From: Entomortierella parvispora E1425
Lineage: Eukaryota > Fungi > Mortierellomycota
Direction: 5' to 3'
Assembly (NCBI GenBank): GCA_020891255.1
Contig: BQFW01000015.1
Location: 186,001 to 250,000 of the forward strand
DNA length: 64,000 nucleotides
This document shows positions 58,797 through 64,000 of the stretch, one piece after another (the stretch's first letter is position 1; the number at the start of each line of letters is the position of its first letter). The position numbers and the translations under genes are program-made. The notes under the pieces are model-generated. The model was not told the origin of the DNA and did not search any database. It saw nothing but the letters and a program-made list of their open reading frames with translations.

Positions 58797-59202
58797 AAAA
58801 AAAACAAACAAAAACAAACACAACTCACGATCTGTATTTCTATCCAAAACTATAAAAGACAATCCCCCCCCCTTCCTCTTTCAACTGCCCTCCCCACTCA
58901 AGCAGTATCTTGTATTTTGCCCCTACACTTGCCCCTACACTCGCCATATAATTGCAGCAATGCTCATTTTTCTGCACAATAAACCTTGTTGCTTCTCTTA
59001 CAATTTTACAAACAATCAAACCAACGAACGAAAACTTTTTTTCATGGATCATCACAGGTGTTGGTTTTCAACAAGGCGGAGGCCGTTCGTGCAAGAAAAC
59101 AGAAGCGGGGAAAAGGAAAAGGGGTTTTTTTTGTACGTGTACAATACTCTACAACTAAATTCAATTTTTTTTTTTTCGAAAACAAAAGTGTTGACTTGGG
59201 GT

Positions 59203-62200
59203 CTACGCGCCGCGAGGTCGGAACTCACGGTATGTGTAGCCACTGAACCCACCCCGACTTCCACGATGGCTGCCGCCACTGGTGCTGCTACTGCTGTGAC
59301 CACCCATTGGATGCTGTTGCTGATGGGGGTGCAGCGGGTGCGAATGTTGTTGGTGCGTATGTTGGTGAGAATGTTGGTGCACCAGATGTTGCTGTTGGTG
59401 ATGACGCGGGTGCTGGTGGTGCTGAGGTCGGAATTGTGGCTGGTGGTGGGGCTGATGGTGATGGGTCATGGGTGAAGAGGGTCCTGGGCTGGAGCTCCAT
59501 GATTCTGAGCCATGATGACTACTGACACCAGAGGACCGAGCCGTCCAATCTTCTCCACCATAGGGACGTGACTGAGGTGCACGATTGATCGAAGCTGCGG
59601 CGGCTGCAACATCCTGTGAGACAGGCACAGCTACGATGTGAGGTACTGGTGCCATGGTGGGAACGGGTGCATCACCAGCGGCCGAGAACCGTGGCAACCA
59701 GTGATGGCCCAGTTGCGCGTTTGTTGTGCCCGCGACACTCGAGTTTGCTGTCGATTCGCCTTCAGTTCCTGTCACCAAGGGAGAAGAGACCGGTAGAGAG
59801 GACAAAGATGGCATGGCCACTCCTGTAACTGGGAAAGGGGCCATTGGTGGGCCAATGGATCCATGAGGAGGTGGGTATACGAGATACATAGGAGGACCCT
59901 GCATGGGTTGAGGGCCACCTGCTGGAAATCCTTGGAAAAAGGGAGTCATCCAAGGGCTGCCCGTGCCTCCCATAGCTCCATACCGGAGGGATTGAGGGTC
60001 TGCAGAGCCCCATCCGACTTGGGGGGCGGGTGTTTCTTGTGCAGAGTCCCAAGCTCGCTTGGCATCACTTGCTGGCACCTGGGGATCGGACTGAGGATTA
60101 ATAACGGACGTACTTTCTGTCCATTCCAAAGTTGCCGTCGCTACCTCTGCTTGAGCTGGCGAGTCAATCTCCGAGTCGACCATAAAGCTCAAACTCCCTC
60201 TGTTCTTGGCTGCCCTTTCCACGTCTGTAGGAAAAATGGTGGCGACTGCCGAGTGCGAGAGAGATCCTCTTTTGGACGCGGTTCCTGAGGTAGAGGCAGC
60301 AAGTCCTGCTGGAGCACGTGCACGGCGAGTGCCATTAGGCTCCGAGGCTGGGGACGGTGCCTCCAGATCCATAGCGCCTGCGTGTTGCTTGGATAGACGG
60401 CTATGGATTTTGGAAATGTCATGGATCGTCACAGGCCCAGCCGCTCCGCAGAGTTTGGCAGGGTATTTGCCGGGTCCATATCGGTCCTCAGGTTGGTGAT
60501 GTCTGACTGCATCCTTCGAGGTCTTCGGTCCTGCATCCTGCATATTGTCTTGACCATCAGCCGTCTTTGCTAATACTGGGGTCTCCTCCTGTGCTCTATG
60601 TGTCTTCTCAGTTCGGCGTTTTTCCTTCAACTCTTCTCTAGATGCTACGGCATTCTGAGACCGAGTAGCTCGAGATCGTTGATAGGATTCAGTGTCCTGT
60701 TTAGCAGCCTCTGTTCTAGGCAAGGTTCCGGCGGAAACATCAGATTCTGTAGCATCGGTACGAGTGACAGACCCGGCATCCGTGGGTTCTGTCGCTGGTA
60801 CAGCCTCGTCCGTGACCTTGGGAGCCTCATTTGCCTGATCAGCCACTGATTCGCGAGGCTTATCCTCCTTTTTGGCCCAAGGCGCGTTGGATCTTCTCCA
60901 GGGCTCAGTCTTGTTTGCAGTTGCCGGCTGGTTCGCAGAGTTGGCAGTTCTAGAGGATGTGCTAACAGACGCCAGACCAGCAACACGTTCGTCTTCTACT
61001 CGTCTTGCTTCTCTGATCCTGGCCACTCGCTCTGCCTCCTCTTTAGCAATCTTTTGGGGTAGCATCTGCCATTGTGCGATAGCATCCTTCTTTTCGGCAT
61101 CATTCAAATCGCGCGTCGTAGGACGATCATGAGGGTCTCCAAATGCCTTGACATGTTCAGGAGCATCCTCCCTGATAGAGCGGGATTTCCTGTCATGAGA
61201 TGGTATAGCACTGGCTGAGGTGGTAGTTGACGTGCCCATGGATCCTGCTCCTGCAGCCTTCCGAGCAGCTTCTTGTTTTTCAGCATTTGCCTGTCGCTTC
61301 GCTTCGGCTTCCAGAGCCTCCCTTTCCTTTCTGGCAGCCTCTTTCGCAGCTTCCAACTCTGCTTGAATTTGCAATTTCTTTTTCTCCTCAGCTTCCTGTG
61401 CCTCCTTTGCCTCTCGGGCTTCCTTTTCTTTAGCCAACTTGGCCTCTTCCATCTTCTTGGCCAATTCGTCAGCGCGAGCGCGGGCACGGGCCTTGGCCTC
61501 CTCAAACTGTCTCTCTTCATCGGCACGGCGCTTCCTTGCTTCCTCTGCACTATGCTTCATTGCCTCCTGTTGATCTTCCGTTACTTGAGGAGGTCGGTCA
61601 AACTCAACAACTCCTGGTGGGATGAGGTGTGCATATCCTGGAATCCGATGAGCTACGTCATGTGGAGGCATAGATTCTTGGCGATCATGTCGACCGCTGC
61701 GAGGTGGAGGGAGAGAGCCAGAGGGAGAGGGTGGTTCACGAGGTGGGGCCATAGAATCCTTGGGTCGGCTGAGCACCTGGACATCCCGCTGGTAACGGTC
61801 TGGTGCATGATCCGTTGGGTGAGGTCGGTTATGCTCATATGGCACATCACGATCACGGCCATACTGTGGTTGACGGCTGAAGGATTCTCGGCGTTCATGC
61901 ACGTTGTCCCGAGAATCGCGGCGAGGTCCTGAATAAGGATCCTGATTTCGTCCCCCAGCCGACTCTCGGCGTGGAAAGCGGCGATCTTCATTTCCAAGTG
62001 ACTCTCGACGCTGACCGCCATAAGGACCTTGGCTACGGTCATAGCTGGGACGACGACCACCATGGTCTCCTTCGCGGTGGGGGCCAGGGGCACCCTGCCA
62101 AAGGGGTGGATGAGGTCGTTCATGTGGATGTCTACTGGCTAAGTCGGGGTTGGCCGGGTATGGACCTGCAGGCGAGGGTTGTCCACGATTTGGCCATGCC

Positions 62201-63417
62201 CTGTTGAAGTCTACTTCACCACGCTCGACCACACGTTCACGGTCACGTTCCCGTTCACGTTCCTTTTCCCGCTCCTTTTCCCGTTCGCGCTCCCGTTCAC
62301 GTTCCTGTTTCTGATGCCATACATTCACTGGGGGAGCTGCTGGTTCCCGACGTGGTTCAACGACTTCTGGCTGCGGTACCGCAGCGGTTACGATAACGGA
62401 TCCATCCGCGAACTCGATTGCTCCAGCATTCAAAAAGTCCATGCCTTCGTCATCATCAACCTATTGCCACAGATGTCATCGGTCAGTATTCGCTGAGCTA
62501 AAAGTGAAAATGAGTTCTCGTATCAAACATAGCGGTTTTTACCTCATCCCAATTGTTTTCTGTAGAAAGGGTTGAAATGGACTTTGACATGACTTCGCTT
62601 GTTGAAGTGGCAGGCGCGGATGTGGATGCGGGCGGCTAGAGGTAGATAATATGAGAGATATAAGAGATTCGCTAATCGTCAGTAACTGCACTTCAGAAGC
62701 ACTCGCACTGCATGCCAAGGAGAGATGACATACCGTTGACTTTTTGGCCGTTGTTGGGCTACTGTTCGTGGCTGTGGTTGAGTTTGTGGTTGTTGTACTT
62801 GAATGAGCGTGGTCTAGAAGTCAGGTGTCTCTATTAGTGGCGAAGTACAGAAAAGGTCCTTCGCCCTCTGTTGGAAAATCATGCACTTACCGTGATGTTC
62901 GTGGTTTGACACCTTCTTGGCAGCCTCGGCGGCAGTCGGGTAGTCCTCTACGTGCGTCTCTGTCGAGGGGGCGACGACACCCCACGCCCTGGGCGCTGCT
63001 TTGTGAAGTGGCGAGCCGCCGAGAGTCTCTGGTTGTGGAGAATCGCCCAGAGAGGCCGTGCCTAGCTGTGGGCTTGTGCCCTCCACAGCAGGTGACGAGG
63101 AGGCGGATGTGGTTGTCAGAACGGCTGAGGAGGCGACCGTGGGCGAGCCCCAGCTGGATGCGGGCGATACCAGCGAGAATTCATGGCCCTTTTCCTGACG
63201 ACGACTTGGCAGGTTCATCGGAACAGGGGCAGAGACCTTGGCAGGCGACGCCTTTGGTCGGCCTGTTGTTTTGCACGGGGGGGGGAAAAGTGTTAGCATT
63301 CTTGGGCTTGCATTATTTTCAGGCACGTCCACCAAGACGCGTTTCCCTTTCGAGCGGACAAACAAGGTGGATTCAAATGCGAATAGGGAACTTGCCTTGG
63401 CTCCGGAAACTCTTCAT
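59203..63417 (-). CDS. PRRC2/BAT2-like low-complexity protein, multi-exon (main exon 62469-59203)
   Basis: BAT2_N-like APVPMNLPSRRQEKG...LVSPASSWGS and DYPTA, then NNWDE|VDDDEGMDFLNAGAIEFADG, RE repeats, a coiled coil, and Pro/Gln/His and RGG-like tails. The 5' exons were spliced manually and the first exon is tentative. Confidence 0.65.
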
Positions 63418-64000
63418 GGGCGTGTGTGGATTGGCTGGACGAGAAAATGTAATGAGGTCGATGTGCGGGTTGTGAATGACAAAGAAATGGAAAGGAATGT
63501 CTTTTTGACAAAAAGAGGAGAGGATTCTCTTCCTTTGTTTGTGCTTTGCTTTTGTTTAGCTCCGCCAAGGATCCTTTTTTCTTTTAAAAAGAGAGAAAGA
63601 GGCTTTACAACACAAACAAGAAGATAAAAAGAGAAGGAAAGTCGGGGAGGTGTCGGGTGGAATGGGTGATGGAAGAAAAGGAGGATATGTACAAAGGGGT
63701 CGACTGGATGGATGGAGCGTCGAGAAGGCTTGCTGATGTGGAATCGGAGGGACGGGCGAAAGGGAGGAAGAGAGAATGGGAGGGGATGGTGTCTCGATTC
63801 GATCCGCCAAGGGTTGCCGTTGTGGAAGGAAGGAAGGTGTGGATGGATGAAGAAAGGGTAGATGGACTGGACGGATTGACGGATGGATGGATTGGGTGGA
63901 TGTGGATTTTTTGGCGTCGCGATTGGCGCGTGACTGCTGCGTTGATTTGTCGCGTTTGTTCTGTGGGGATGACTGGCTGGGTGTGGTTGGCTGCGTTGAC

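Noticed and set aside
59203-63810. Numerous antisense or alternate-frame ORFs over real genes (also over WHI2, the F-box genes, the Crypton and the permease)
   Set aside because: These are shadows of GC-rich, codon-biased coding sequence on the other strand or frame.

Overview
Intron-rich fungal genomic DNA. The gene families (Mortierella-type F-box/LRR genes and the 'YELHEYPIPRLF...RLYFLCEC' family) point to Mucoromycota, most likely Mortierellaceae; this is inferred from family recognition, not from a search. Core genes I could splice by hand: a nucleotide-sugar (UDP-galactose-type) transporter, a U6 snRNA, an F-box protein, WHI2, MPO1, RAD51, two divergent MFS monocarboxylate-type transporter paralogues, an amino-acid permease and a PRRC2/BAT2-like protein. 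About 13.7-44.5 kb is an accessory, high-turnover block. It holds an apparently intact six-exon Crypton-type tyrosine-recombinase gene (about 1069 aa; R, HxxR, W and Y catalytic motifs plus a GCR1_C-like tail). It also holds three copies of a large lineage-specific LRR-like gene (one intact, two pseudogenised), two F-box/LRR genes, a ~96%-identical inverted repeat, a 178-bp near-identical dispersed duplication, two tandem duplications and decayed ORFs. The most unusual items are the intact Crypton, the receptor-like gene trio, the fold-back repeat and a U6 gene with an extra 3' C(UUCG)G hairpin. No CRISPR array, rRNA or convincing tRNA was seen.
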